Source: Vicugna vicugna (lineage: Eukaryota). Taken from it: a stretch of 64,000 nucleotides of DNA. Location of the stretch: the NCBI GenBank assembly GCA_013265495.1, contig MU058198.1, positions 2,864,419 through 2,928,418 of the forward strand, in the 5' to 3' direction. Below, one piece after another: positions 52,255 through 64,000 of the stretch (position 1 is its first letter; each line of letters begins with the position of its first letter). The notes under the pieces were generated by a model that saw only the letters and a program-made list of their open reading frames with translations, was not told where the DNA came from and made no database searches. The translations under genes were made by a program, and so were the position numbers.

Positions 52255-52870
52255 CAGTGGCGCCCCCTGAGGCCGGAGGGTGAACCAAGCAGGAGGAGAG
52301 AGGGAGGGCACCGAGTTCTCGCGGAAAACAATCCGCGGGAAGGGCTTGGAGGTTGGGGAGAGCAAGGGAACGGAGAACCAGGCTTGTTCAGTCCCGGGGG
52401 CCTGGAACACATGATGAGGAAACAGGAGGGGAGCCAGAGGGCGGGGCAGGGCGGCAGCCACGTTAAGCAAAAGACTATCCTCAAGGCGGTGTAAGCCACG
52501 GAAGGATATTTCGGACAGACTCGACTCAAAATCCATCCAGGGAGATTCTGAATGCCGCCCACCTCCTCCACATCTTAGCCTCCAGAACCTTTTCTGCCTC
52601 AGCATCCCCCAGAAAACAGCCTTGGGTGTAGCACAGGTTGGCATAGCAACTGGTGATGGGGCTGCTCTCCCTGTAGTTTCGTTTTTGCCAGCCCTAGACG
52701 GCCCAGCCAGCCCTCGGAGCGTTCGGACAATTGCAGGGCACCGGGCAAGGACAAGATTACTGAGCGGGTCAACCTCCCGGCTGAGGACTGGACAGCGACA
52801 GGAGGTCATTTCTTTGGGGAGACTGAGACCCCCAACCAGTCTTTGCTGGCCTGACAAGACTGTTTATCTG
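52255..52870 (+). mobile_element. Probable ERV internal (leader/gag) remnant adjoining the LTR
   Basis: PBS-like tggcgccc just after the LTR end; purine- and CpG-rich sequence continuing ~600 bp; no intact gag ORF. Confidence 0.45.
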
Positions 52871-53805
52871 ATCCAGCCAGGCCAGGCAAAGCAACCTCTT
52901 TCCTATGGTCCATGAAATACGTGATGAAAGGTTACACTTGGGGCCTCAAAAGGAGCTTAATTCCTCTTATTTGCACGTATACGATAAATACGTTGTGTTT
53001 GAGTGTATGCGGTGTAGAGTGAGACTGACTGGGTTCAAATGACTTCAGGCAAATTTACCTTGCCTCAGTTTTCTCATCTGCCAAATGGGACCCAGCTCAT
53101 AAGGTTGTCATGAATATTAAGTGAGGATTAAGTAGGTAAAATGTTTAGAACAGTGTGCGGCACACAGTAAATAAATATTAGCTATCGTCATCATAACTTA
53201 TTTGAAATGGACCTTCTCATCACCTCGGTCACTCAGAAACTTCTCACATTTTACATCACTCCCACCAGCGCAGTTAACCACATTAAAAAAAGAGAAATCC
53301 CCTCTTAGAGCCCATGGGAATCACTACACTGATATTTAAAACTTGCCAAAGTACATTTTGGAGGTTACTTCAACCAAATTCATTGATGACTTCCTAGAAC
53401 TTACAAAGTTGCCTTTCGAAAGGGCACATATTTGACTTGGACAGGGTCTCCCACCTTTGTCCTTAGGCTCCAGGGTGTTTGAACTGGGGAGGTCCCAGTC
53501 AACCCACAGAACACAAGAAATACTGAATCATTGTTTTAAGCCACTCAGTTCTGAAGCGCTTCATTACTCAGGGCTAGATAACTGATGTGCAGAACATGCA
53601 GACTTCCTCCCCACACGTCCAGAGATTCTGTGGCGTAGGGTCCCGGCAGCTACTGTTCATTCGTGTCCCCAGGCAATTCTAATTTACAGGGTTCCCACCT
53701 GTTTCCACCCCCTTCCCCACCCCTTTCCTAATGATAACAATCACCTGCAGATTCCCAGGTCCCAACCCAGACCTTCTGAATCAGTCCGAGAGAAGAGCCA
53801 GAAAT

Positions 53806-54197
53806 CGAGAAATTAAATATACAAATGGACTATGGCCATGCTATATATAAAAATACAACTCTAACCCATTGTCTGCAGCACCCTACCCAGGAAATCAAAC
53901 AAAAACCCCTGTAGCCATTGGCCCAAGCCAACCAGGCCTTAGGGCCAACCAGAGAAAGCCAAATATGTTCCCCTGGCCAATCACAGGGTGCCCTGCTTCT
54001 AGTTAGCCCGCCTCCAGCTGCCGGGAGACACCAGCCTTCAATCAGCACACAGCCCACTATCCAGTTTCGTCCTCCTCCACCTGCCATCCAGTCTCTGCCA
54101 AAACTCAAGCAATGGTGGCCGACTCCTTTGCCAGAACAAGTTCTAAATAAATAGCCCTTACGTGTTCTCATCTGTGTGGTCTTCACTTACTTCCACA
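53806..54197 (+). mobile_element. ERV1 solo LTR (MER110-like) with 4-bp TSD
   Basis: ccaaccagagaaagccaaatatg...ccaatcaca...gcttctagttagcccgcctccagct; AATAAA; ends ttccaca; AAAT on both flanks (53802-53805 and 54198-54201). Confidence 0.8.
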
Positions 54198-54230
54198 AAA
54201 TGTATACATTTAATAGAACAAGTGATGCTT

Positions 54231-54302
54231 GGGGAGAAGATATAGCTCAGTGAATAGAGCAGTTCTGGGTTCAATCCCCAGTACCTGCATTAAAAACAAA
54301 AA
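54231..54302 (+). mobile_element. tRNA-Ala-derived SINE, internally deleted
   Basis: tatagctcagtgaatagagc joined directly to agttctgggttcaatccccagtacct. Confidence 0.8.
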
Positions 54303-54319
54303 TAGTGATTCTTACTCGG

Positions 54320-54845
54320 GGAATTTTGGAAAGCACCATCCAGACCCTTGCTACTCAAAGAGTGGTCCCCAGAGTATATCGAAAATGCAGAATCTCAGTT
54401 CCAGCCCCAGACCTGATTCAGAATCTGCATTTTTAGTAAGATCCCAGAGGTGACCCTTCAGCACATTAAAGTGTGAAAAGCATTGACCATTGACCAGGAT
54501 CATTGACCCAGTTCAGTCGTCCCAGCCCTGGGTGCATATTAGAATCCTTTGGGGGCTGTTTGAAAGACCAGAGCCTCCCTACTCAGAGCATCTGATTTAA
54601 TTGGCCCTGGGCAGGGCTTGCGCATCAGTGGTCTAAAAGCTCCCTGGGTGATCTCTCATGAAGCCAGCGCTAAGAACCACTGATCCAGGACAACAGTCTC
54701 ACTTTGTTGTGTGTCAGAATCATCTGGAGGGCCCACAAGGTGCACAGAGGTCCAGACCTGATGAAGGAGGACAGTCTTGGCTTGGTAAGAATCACCAAGT
54801 TCCCCGGTCACCCTGAAACTGACCGAAGCAGAACTGCTGGTCTAG
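54320..54845. mobile_element. Cluster of MER5-like hAT-Charlie fragments
   Basis: ctactcaaagagtggtcc...gaaaatgcagaatctcag...tcagaatctgcattttt; tgcatattagaatc...aagctccctgggtgat...agaaccactg. Confidence 0.65.
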
Positions 54846-57070
54846 GAGAACTGCTGGGAGGAGGAGGAGTGCATGGAAACCTCCCTTACAGTTCCCTTCC
54901 CAATTTCTGCTCCTTCCTCAACTCTGCTTGGCCAGCACCCTGACTCTTAAAGCTCAAGGAATAAGAGAACCTCAGAACTGCAGGAACTGGAGGCATCTTC
55001 AAGCACAGTGAGCAAGGGGCTGTCAGCTAAATCCAGCTCATGGCGTGTGTGTATGTGTGTGTGCGTGTGCATGTGTTAATCTGCACATTTTTTTTTACAC
55101 TTTGAATCCATTGCAATATTTTTTAAAGGAGATTTTACATAAAAATCTAGACTTCTAGATTCTCCTGGAAAATCAGGGGATCTCACAGCAATCAGCCCAC
55201 ATTCCCTCATGGCAACAATTGTCTGGAATTGCCCCTTAAAATGGGGCATGTGTCCACCAGTTTCCCACGGTCCCTGCCTGACTCAGATCATTCATTTTTG
55301 CCACTTGCCTGGCCCTACAACGCATTTGAGTTTGGAACCTTTATATAGAGAGAGTCCAACCCCTTCTTTTGTATGTGAGAAAATCAAGACCCATCCAACA
55401 GTGGGTCACATCCCTGAGTCATGGCTGGCAGTGGGATTTGAGGTCAAAACTCTGACTGTGTCCTGCTGGAGGAAAGTTGGGGATTCTGCCTTCCTGAGAC
55501 CTGACCTCCCCACCAGAGGACTGGGACCTAGACTCCCCTGCACCCCTAACTACCTCTCCACTCAAAACTTGAAGTATAAGCAATCCCTGCTCTTGGCATT
55601 GGGGCTGTCACCTACTCAGACACACCTACATAGCAATTTATTTAACCTCTCTGAGCCTCAGCGAACTCATCTACACAATGAGAATAACAGGGCCTGATTG
55701 ACAGGGTTATAGGAGGACTCAAATAAATTGTGTTTGTAAAACATTTTTCTGGCTCCTGAGACATAGGAAGGATTCCATAGTGAGCACTAAATACTATTAG
55801 TGATCTTTCTTTCCAATGTATGCAGTCATCTGAGAGCACCGTCGCTGCCCAGCATTTAAAATGGTCATTGATCAGTTTCTGCCAACCCCAAACTTACTCA
55901 AAAAGCAAGGTGTTAAGAGGGTCCCCTTGGATGGGTGGCTTTAGACAAAGCTCTTCAAACTTGCTAAGCCTCAGTGTTTTTCATCGCTAAAATAGAGATA
56001 ATAACAGCACTTAGAGTTGTCTGAAGTTTAAAGGAAATAACGCACCTAGCGTGGTTGCCTGTCTGTGCTCAGCTCCTGGCGATAACCTCAGGTTTTGACT
56101 TTTCGAAGCAGGGTCACCACCTGGTGGTTTAAGACAGTAACTACAGGCTCTACTGGACAAAAAAGGAAAGGAGGGTAAAAATACGCCCCCCCCCCACCGG
56201 GTGGATAGAAAGGACTGATCGGACAGTGGAAAGTGAATTCAGACAGAGCCGGCTGGCCACCCAATGCGCTTAGGAATTGTCCCAGGTTCACTCTCTGCCA
56301 TGGCACTCCACCCTCAGTGACAACCCTGGCTTTTCAGCTAGTCTAGGGAGTCTTCTCTTGCTGTTGGCCAGCTGGACTCCGGACTGAACAGCTTGGCCCC
56401 TGGTTTGGTTCCTGGCTGCTTGACCACTAGCTTAGTTAGTGTGTCCCGTTTCTGTTCTCAGCTGTTTAGCTGTTGGATGCTGTGCATATTTGGACCCCAG
56501 TTTGGCTCTGCGCCATCATTATGCCTCAAGACAGCTCATCTTGCCGCAGCTGCGGGTCAGAGCTGCTCATATCTGCTTGGAATTGTGGCCAGTTAGAGAG
56601 GCCCATTTCCCTTCCACAAGAGACCTGGAAACTGACCCTGCCCTGCACAGAAGAAACCCAAAGCACAGCAAGGTGGCATCATTTACTCACTGCTATCAAG
56701 TGGGACCACTAATCCATCTGCAAAAGTGCCCTGTATTGGCCTCTAAAAATGTAGCTTGAGGTTCCTTTGCCCTGCCACTGTCCTCACTTAGCTTCTCACT
56801 CCTCCCCAGGCAAGACCCAGCATCAGGAGCAAGGTACTCCGCCCTCAAAGAGAAAGAATGCTGCTAGAATCGGTTAAGTTTAAGGATGTCTTATGTTTTC
56901 CACCATCCCAGCAGTGGGCAGGGAAAGGCCATGCCAGGTGAATGGGGCCTCTCTCCACATTTTCTCCTTTCCTTAGCTTCCTTGTTACAACAGATAGAAG
57001 AGACTATGGCCTGATGACAGAGAATCACCCAAGGAGACTGAGACTGAAGATGCACTCATTTTTTTTTCTT

Positions 57071-57176
57071 AGGATTTTTTTTTATTGAGTTATAGTCAGT
57101 TTACAATGTTGTGTCAATTTCTGGTGTACAGTACAATTTTTCAGTCATACATGAATATACGTATATTTATTTTCAT
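57071..57176 (-). mobile_element. Short L1 3'-end insertion at the edge of an L2 fragment (~57190-57500)
   Basis: ttttattgagttatagtcagtttacaatgttgtgtcaatttctggtgtacag, nearly the exact antisense of the 5896-7316 L1 3' end; flanked by tcattttttt..ctt repeats. Confidence 0.8.
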
Positions 57177-58616
57177 ATTCATTTTTTTCTTTGAACAAAT
57201 ATTTGATGAGCACTTACTATGTGCCAGGCACTGTTCTATGTGCTGAAGTTACAGCTAAGAACAAAGCAGACAAATATGCATGCTTTCCTGGGCCTGAATG
57301 TCAAAGTAGAGAGATGAACAATAAATAAGATAAATACATAAAAAATAGCGTGTTCATGATAAGTACTAAGGAAAAATTAAATCAGGGGAATAAGAAGGTG
57401 ACATTTTGGTGAAGACTTGAAGGTGGGAGGGATCGAACCATGTGGCCATCTGGGAGAGGAACATTCCAGGTGAAGAATGGGCAGGTGCAGAGCCCAGAAG
57501 TCTTTCGGAGGAGTCCACACACGCTATGCACCGCCGGCCACAGGTACGATTAATCCCGTAATCACTTAGAGTCTCTCTATCTCACCTGACGGAGTATGAG
57601 TGCTCTGCTGTCAGTAACCAAGCCTGTCTTTTTCAGTCTGTGCCCCAGAGCCCAGCACAGTGCCTGACACTCTGTGGGCATTCAAATGGATGGATGGATG
57701 GGTGGATGGATGAATGAAAGGGGTGGGAAATTCCATTTCCCCAACTTCTTCTTGTTCAAACAATGGGGCCGTGATTGGTCAAATTTAGAATAATTCATGG
57801 AGGTGACTTATTAGCAAAGGATATTCCAGAGATGACCCCCCAACGAAAGCCCTGAGGAGCCTCATCAGATGCCTGGGCAAAGCCAGAACTAGAAACTCAG
57901 TAGTCAACCCAGCTGAGGTGAGCAACAGTCTGAAAATTAGGCTCTGGACACCGCAGGGAGTTCTCGGTGCGTCTGAAACATCTGATGATTTAGGGCGTGG
58001 TGTGTGGTTCTTTTGCAAGCACTTTTTACATAACCCTGCACAAAGCGAGCTCTAGAGACCGTGGCTTCCCCATATAGTACATATTCCCCAGGGGATAATG
58101 TGGGGTGACACTGAGGGAAGGTTGCACCTCGTATGGGTTTTCTGTCCAGATACTTAGCCAAGGACCCACTACCCCAGGAAGAAACTTTTCTGTTGTTACA
58201 TACTCAGGCTCTCAGGGGCCCCCCAGTCCTGTCCAGACTGCTCGCCCAGCTGTACCTCACCTGTAGCCACAGGAAGACTAGAGACAGAAAGTTAATCAAA
58301 AAAAATAAAACCCACTCTGATGATCTCAGCAAATGATGTCTCGAGAATGGTTAGTCATGCAATTCCCAGCCTAGATTCAGTCTGGCCACAAAAGCTTCTT
58401 CTATTTTATATGGTCGTTAGCAGGGCTGAAATCAATAGCTAGCCCACGCCGGCCCTAGGAAATGCAAAAACAGGCGTAGCCACAGCCCCGGTTAAGCTTC
58501 TGTGTGTTTCAGGAGCTCGCTGGGGAAGAAAATTGCAGTCTGATGACTGTATATTTTCCTATTCTCACATAAAGACATCTGCATAGCAGGTAAATACATG
58601 TCTGTGAGCATCTTCA

Positions 58617-58682
58617 ATCTCTCTCTGTCTCTCTTTTTCTCTCTCTCTCTTTTCCTCTTTGTCTCTCTCTCACACACACAAA
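58617..58682. repeat. (CT)n(CA)n microsatellite
   Basis: Direct reading of the sequence. Confidence 0.85.
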
Positions 58683-59594
58683 TACATTCTGGATTTTTTT
58701 TGCCTTTATAAATAGCATTGGCAAGCGTGTACAATGATAATGATGTCTGAGATGGTTAGACAAGGAGAGAAAAAAAAATGTCTGCACAAGTGAAAAACAA
58801 AAACCCCACATCTGGGACAAAAGTGCAAGGCGGTATCTTAAGTTATCATTAAGATGCAACAACAAGACTATAATGGCCTGTTTGCCACACCAGGAAAAGA
58901 AAATGCTAACTTTCAAAATGAAGAAATCAACTCATATGTTTAAATTTGTCTGTGTAAAAAATATTTTTAATGAAATAAACACCTCTTTTGGAAAGGTACA
59001 AAGAAATATGCAAATAGGTAAATTCTTTCATTCATAAAAATTATGTTTTAAATGAATATGTATTGGCAGCAATTATGTTCATTTTATATTGTTAAGGGGA
59101 AAAAAAACAAAACAAAACATAGGATTTGCATTTCTAATAGTCTAATAGACTAGACATCCTGGAAAAATTGCTGACACAAAACATGTAAAAATCTTTTCAG
59201 GAAGTGAATCGCTGAGCTAGAATACAAACAACAGAAATCCCAGATGTCAAATATGAAGGGAGGGCTGAAAATCAGAGTGGCAAATTGACACTGAGGTTGT
59301 AACAGGGTAGGGGACATTTGCCAATCTCAGGGACCAAGAGGTTTTTATAGCTTTACAAATTTTAACAGTTACACAGGGACAGAGGACCGAAGTCCTAGAT
59401 CTACCCATGGTGGAAAAATAAGGCCAGGACCCTCAAAGTGCCATGCCCTTGTTGAAAGATTTGACTAGAAAATAATTTCCCCGCTGGCAAAGAGGTTAGA
59501 CAAAGGAAGCCTGTTGGACTTGATTTGGGATCTAAAAGGGAAAAAACATTTCCCTTTGAATTCATAACCACAGGATTGTTCTCACAGGCGGTGG

Positions 59595-59752
59595 GGGTGG
59601 GGGTGGGTGTATAGCTCAGCGGTAGAGCGCATGCCTAGCATGCGTGAGGTTCTGGGTTCAATCCCCAGCACCTCCATCAAACAAAAAAAAAAAGTAGTAA
59701 ACCTAATCACCTCCCCCAGAAAATAAAGACAGTAAGTAAGTAAAAATAAACA
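59595..59752 (+). mobile_element. tRNA-Ala-derived SINE (Vic-1-like)
   Basis: gtatagctcagcggtagagcgcatgcctagcatgcgtgaggttctgggttcaatccccagcacctcca, A tail and cctaatcacctcccc spacer. Confidence 0.9.
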
Positions 59753-61404
59753 TTTAAATTGCACTCCCAACATGGTTTGGAAAACTCCAGGGTGAAAAAT
59801 AAGGAGCGTGGTTCCAGGTTGGTAGCACTTCAGAGTGTCCAGGGGGAAAAAAAGAAACTCTCTCTAGAAGTGCACTTCAACCCCAGCCTCCCGGGAATCC
59901 ACAGAAAATGCCCCACTAAACATTAGCTCACAAACCAACACTAAAAAACACACGGATAAGTAAGCCGCCACGAATGAAAATAAGGAACAACAAACTGCTG
60001 AATTAGACCCCTAAGAACTTCATAACATAGAACTGTCAGATTCAGAATATGAAAAGATGTATTTTTAAATGAGAAAGAAAAAGAATACTATCCCCAAAGA
60101 GCAGAGGCCAGAGTGAAAACTAACCACCTATTTTTCAAAATAAAAAATAATAATCATTTAAGTGAAAAATTCAATGAACAGATAATCAGCTGATTAGAAA
60201 CAGATAAAGAGGAAATAAAATGACCTACAAAACAGACCTGAAAAAAACTACCTAGCATATTGCATAGAGGGAGAAAGAGAGATAGAATCATGAGTGTTCA
60301 GGAGATATAAAATTAAGAGTGATTCTAGAAGACATACCCAGTCATAGTTCCAAGGAAGGCACTGCAAGGTGATGTAAGCAAGATGGTGAGATAGAAGATT
60401 CCAGCCCTTACCCAGATAGAAACACCAGTGTGACAACCATCAGTGGATGGGAATACCTCTGCAAGAACCCAAGAGTCCAGTGGAAAGATTCCGGCAACTC
60501 ATTCAAAATCCAAAAACAAATACACTGAGGAGGGTGAGAAGAATCTCCCTTCTCCACAAGGCAGCACAGCTCGATGCCAAGAGAGACCCTTGCCTACAAT
60601 TTCTCCCAAGGGGGAAAGGGAGAGCAGAGTGAGTGCCTGGCTTCCCCAGCCTAGAGGGACGTTGCCCAGGAAGCCCACTTCTGCATTGCCCTACCCGGTT
60701 CACCGAGGGGATTAGCACAGCTAAATAACTTGGGGGGAGCTAGGATCAGGGAAAAGGCACAAGGGCTCATGGCAATCACCCCATGGATCTCAAAACTCAG
60801 CCACAGATCCTTCTAACTGGCTCAGACTTCACCAAGTGGCCTGACCATGATGAATCCTGTGGAACTGCTCACCTGCAGCATCCCCAGCTGGCCAGTGCAG
60901 CCTGCAGTATGCCATGCATACCCCCCAAAACAGTGCATCTGAGTCTCTGCAAATGGGGTGCATGTACTCTTCCAGCAGGTTCATCTAAACCCCCATAGAC
61001 AGCACACCGGGTGTCAGCAGTAGGCGCTACTCTACAGGATTGGGAGAAAGCACAGACCTTGAACACTTCAAGGCACTGTCCTTAGCACCTGGCCTGACTG
61101 CAAGATCAGAGAAGGCGCACAAGAAGGAATCCTAAGACTTTGCCCCCAAAGAGGGAACAAAAGAAGGGAATAGAAAGAATGAAGAAAAGAAATCTTTGAA
61201 GAAATAATGACTGAGAGTTTTCCAAAACTGATCAAGACACTCATTCTCAGACTCAAAAAGCACACAAATCCAATTTAAAAAAAAAAACAAAACCCACGCC
61301 TGTACACATCACAGTGAAACTGAAGAATATTCAGGCTCCTCCTCAACACAACCCCACGCCAAGAAGAAAGACCTTAAAAGCAGCCAGAAATAAAAGAAAA
61401 AGAA

Positions 61405-61535
61405 GGGGGAGGGTATAGCTCAGTCTGGGCTTAGCATGCATCAAGGCCCTGGGTTCAATCTCCAGTACTTCCATTAAAAAAAAAAAAAAACACCTAATTA
61501 CCTCTCCCTGCAAAAAATAAAGATACATTTTTAAA
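61405..61535 (+). mobile_element. tRNA-Ala-derived SINE with a small internal deletion
   Basis: ggggagggtatagctcagt..gcttagcatgcatcaaggccctgggttcaatctcc, A tail, cctaattacctctccc. Confidence 0.85.
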
Positions 61536-62099
61536 AAGAAATAGAAATTTGACTACAGAAAACATCTTAATAGCAGCAACGGAAACCTGTAGACAATGGA
61601 ATGAGACATCAATGTGCTGAAGAAAATAACTATCCATTTAGAATCGTATACCTAGCTAAACTATCAGTCTCGAACAAGAGCTAAATAATGCCATTTAAGA
61701 CAAAATAGAATAATGTCTTCAGTAAGGAATTAATAAAGGAAAGTATTCCAGGAAGGAAGACAATTGATCCCAGAAGATACGTCTGAAATGTACAAAGAAT
61801 TGTGCCCAGAGTTTTATCTGTGGATTTGATGATTCTACATAAATTTGGCTAGAATCATAACAGCAAAAGGCATCTCAATGATGTCCTAAAGCGTGGATGG
61901 TTAGGTGTGCCTTCCAAAGATGCCGTAGTGTGCAAAATCTCCTACTCTGAAACATGCTGGTCCAGAAAAATCTTTGTCCACCAGAACTTTTGAAAGCCTT
62001 TTCTGATGGATGCGCTACAGTTCCCCCATTGCTGAAGGGTACTCTCCCCTCTGGATGAAGTCAGCTTGCAACTTTACCCTCCATCAAAGCTACGGAGCT

Positions 62100-63320
62100 G
62101 TTAATTTTCCAGATAATCCTTCAAATCCATATGTCAGATTTCTACCCACCTTACTGCAACTCTGAATAAATCAGCCTGATGCTTCATATAAGTATCAAAC
62201 GTATTTAAGGCTCTTATTTTATGTTAACCACAAAGTTTCCCTTGCCTTATGAAGACATCTGCCAGGAGAAAGGTAAGGCTGATGGAAGCTTTTCATTTTT
62301 CTCATTGGTCTTTGATTCTGTGGCTAGAATTTTCTAAGATCTGGGAGCTTCAGGCAAATCTTTAGGCCCTGAGTCATCTAAAAGGTTTGTATCTTTATTT
62401 CACTATAAAAACCAGAGAAAATAAGACTAGTTGGGGTGCAGATCAAAGCTCCATTTTTGAAAAATGTTTCCATTAGAGCCAAGTCATAAAATTTTAGACT
62501 TTGGTAACCAGATATATTGCTTCTCTATGAACTGAGTCCATGCCATTCTGCCACAGCAAAAAGGAAGAGAAATATTACATTCATGTGCTGAGGACATGGT
62601 TTTATTATCCTGAACCAAGATTTATTACCATGGACCTCATGAGACAAGTAACTCTGGTACTTAACTGCAATCATAAAAATAGCAGTCTTGTAAAAGTAAA
62701 AATTATTGTCTTTGGCAAACACTTCTCAAATTTATTTGATCAATACAGATCTTCTTTGACTTACAATGAATTTATATCCTGGTAAACCCATTATAAGTTG
62801 AAAATCTCATAAGTCAAAAACTCATTTAATATCCCTACCCCACCAAGCATCATAGCTCAGCCTAGCCTACCTTAAATAGGCCATGCTCAGAACACTTACA
62901 TTAGCCTACAGTTGGGCAAAAATCAACTAACACAACACCTGTTTTCTAATGAAGTTTTGAATATCTCACGTACTGTATTGAGTCCTGTACTGAAAGAATG
63001 AGTGCTGGGTACAGAATGGTTGTAAGTTGTTTACCCTCGTGATCACGTGACTGACTGGGATATGCAACTTGCTGCCACTGCCCAGCATCACAAGAAAATA
63101 TCATACCAGGTGTCATCGCCCAGGGAAAAGTTCAAAACTCAAAATTCAAAGTTCTGTTTCTACTGAACGTTTATCACTTTCACACTATTGTAGAATCAAA
63201 AAAAAAAGTAAGTTGAAACATCGTAAGTCAGGGACAATCTGTATTAAATGACTGTCTACCAAGGTAACATTTTAGGGTATCTGTGTATATCTTGCTGCTA
63301 ACTTAGCAGACTCACGGGGA
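62100..63320 (+). mobile_element. Highly degraded non-L1 LINE reverse-transcriptase fossil (L4/RTE-X-like), interrupted by Tigger
   Basis: Colinear RT-like motifs read by hand: DNPSN (62112), FDSV (62311), CAEDMVLLS*T (62584; compare YADDxVLLS), DLMRQV...KIIVFGK (to 62719), GYL after the Tigger (63275). Confidence 0.65.
62746..63241 (+). mobile_element. Tigger5/MER47-like TcMar element
   Basis: Imperfect TIRs cagatcttctttgacttacaatg ... catcgtaagtcagggacaatctg with TA on both sides; internal cctagcctaccttaaa...gctcagaacacttacattagcctacagttgggcaaaa typical of MER47. Confidence 0.9.
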
Positions 63321-64000
63321 GACTGTGTTGTCAACATCAAATGTCCTTGGAAGCATGACTGAGGTTTTCCTAGTTCAGGCAAAAATAATAGTATGTACAA
63401 ACTCATGATAGGGAGAAACAATACGGTTTGTTCAAGAACTATGAATAGCGTTCCTGCATGAGTACTGGGGGAGAAGAGTAGGATGTGAAATTGAAGGAAT
63501 AAGTAGTGGTCAGTTCGCAGTACTACGCCATGCTGACTATTTGCATCTTTATCTTATAACTAGATTTCTACCCAAAGGGTATTGATCTGGGAAGTAGCGT
63601 TAAAAGCAGTTTATACTAAAAAGTATGGACGTATCTATTGTAGCATACAAAGGTGAATTTATAGCTTTAAATCATACTAATATCTAAAAAGGAAAAAAAG
63701 CATTTCATCTTAAATTTTTAAAAGAAGAAAAATCATACTCAAAGGAAAACAAAAGGAAGGAAATGACTAGGCTCTCAAAGCTCATTTTATACCTCATGCT
63801 TTCTATTTTTCCCATCTCTTAAAATGTTCTTGTCCCTTTTTTGTCATATGCAAACTCCTATTCATCCCTCAAGACCCAAATCAAAGTTCTGTGAAATACT
63901 TCCTGAATCTATGCTAACACTGTACCTTGCACATATTTCATTTTTGCCATTATTCCTATATGTCTGTCTCCATCACTAGACTGTGACCTTCCTAAGAACA

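Larger units (their letters stand above)
59130..61800 (+). mobile_element. Degraded old L1 5' UTR/ORF1 region, with an L1M2-like 5' UTR block (~60380-61165) and two SINEs inside
   Basis: ORF1-like text gaaatctttgaagaaataatgactgagagttttccaaaactgat (EIFEEIMTESFPKL), cacatcacagtgaaactg, ccttaaaagcagccaga, agaatcgtatacctagctaaactatca. Confidence 0.7.

Noticed and set aside
52117..52857. 246-aa minus-strand ORF
   Set aside because: Antisense to an LTR/ERV remnant; no recognisable protein.
59600..59680. tRNA-Ala-like sequences (this copy and nine others) as tRNA genes
   Set aside because: All carry A-rich tails, several have TSDs, and their stems are mutated; they are SINE copies.

Overview
Mammalian (eutherian) genomic DNA, very probably camelid: ten copies of a tRNA-Ala-derived SINE resembling camelid Vic-1, cetartiodactyl-style L1 3' ends, and no Alu, B1, Bov-tA/BovB, PRE1 or Can-SINE recognised. 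The only protein-coding sequence I can support is the terminal coding exon of heparan sulfate 3-O-sulfotransferase 2 (HS3ST2, + strand, 12068-12686), with branch point, splice acceptor, 3' UTR and AATAAA at 13401. By inference 1-12067 is the end of its long intron and ~13.4-64 kb is intergenic. The rest is transposon fossils (L1, L2/MIR, MaLR/ERV LTRs, hAT and Tigger) plus several non-repetitive, motif-dense candidate regulatory blocks, including an orphan CpG island at ~34.5-35.5 kb followed by two co-oriented CTCF-like motifs. I found no convincing new gene system. The most unusual observations are small-scale: a degenerate non-L1 LINE reverse-transcriptase fossil split by a Tigger, a twin-primed L1, a 73-bp tandem duplication carrying two cryptic splice acceptors just upstream of the HS3ST2 exon, two short dispersed duplications, and a cluster of TGACTGACA motifs. 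Repeat family names come from my recollection of consensus sequences, not from a database search; repeat boundaries without TSDs are approximate.
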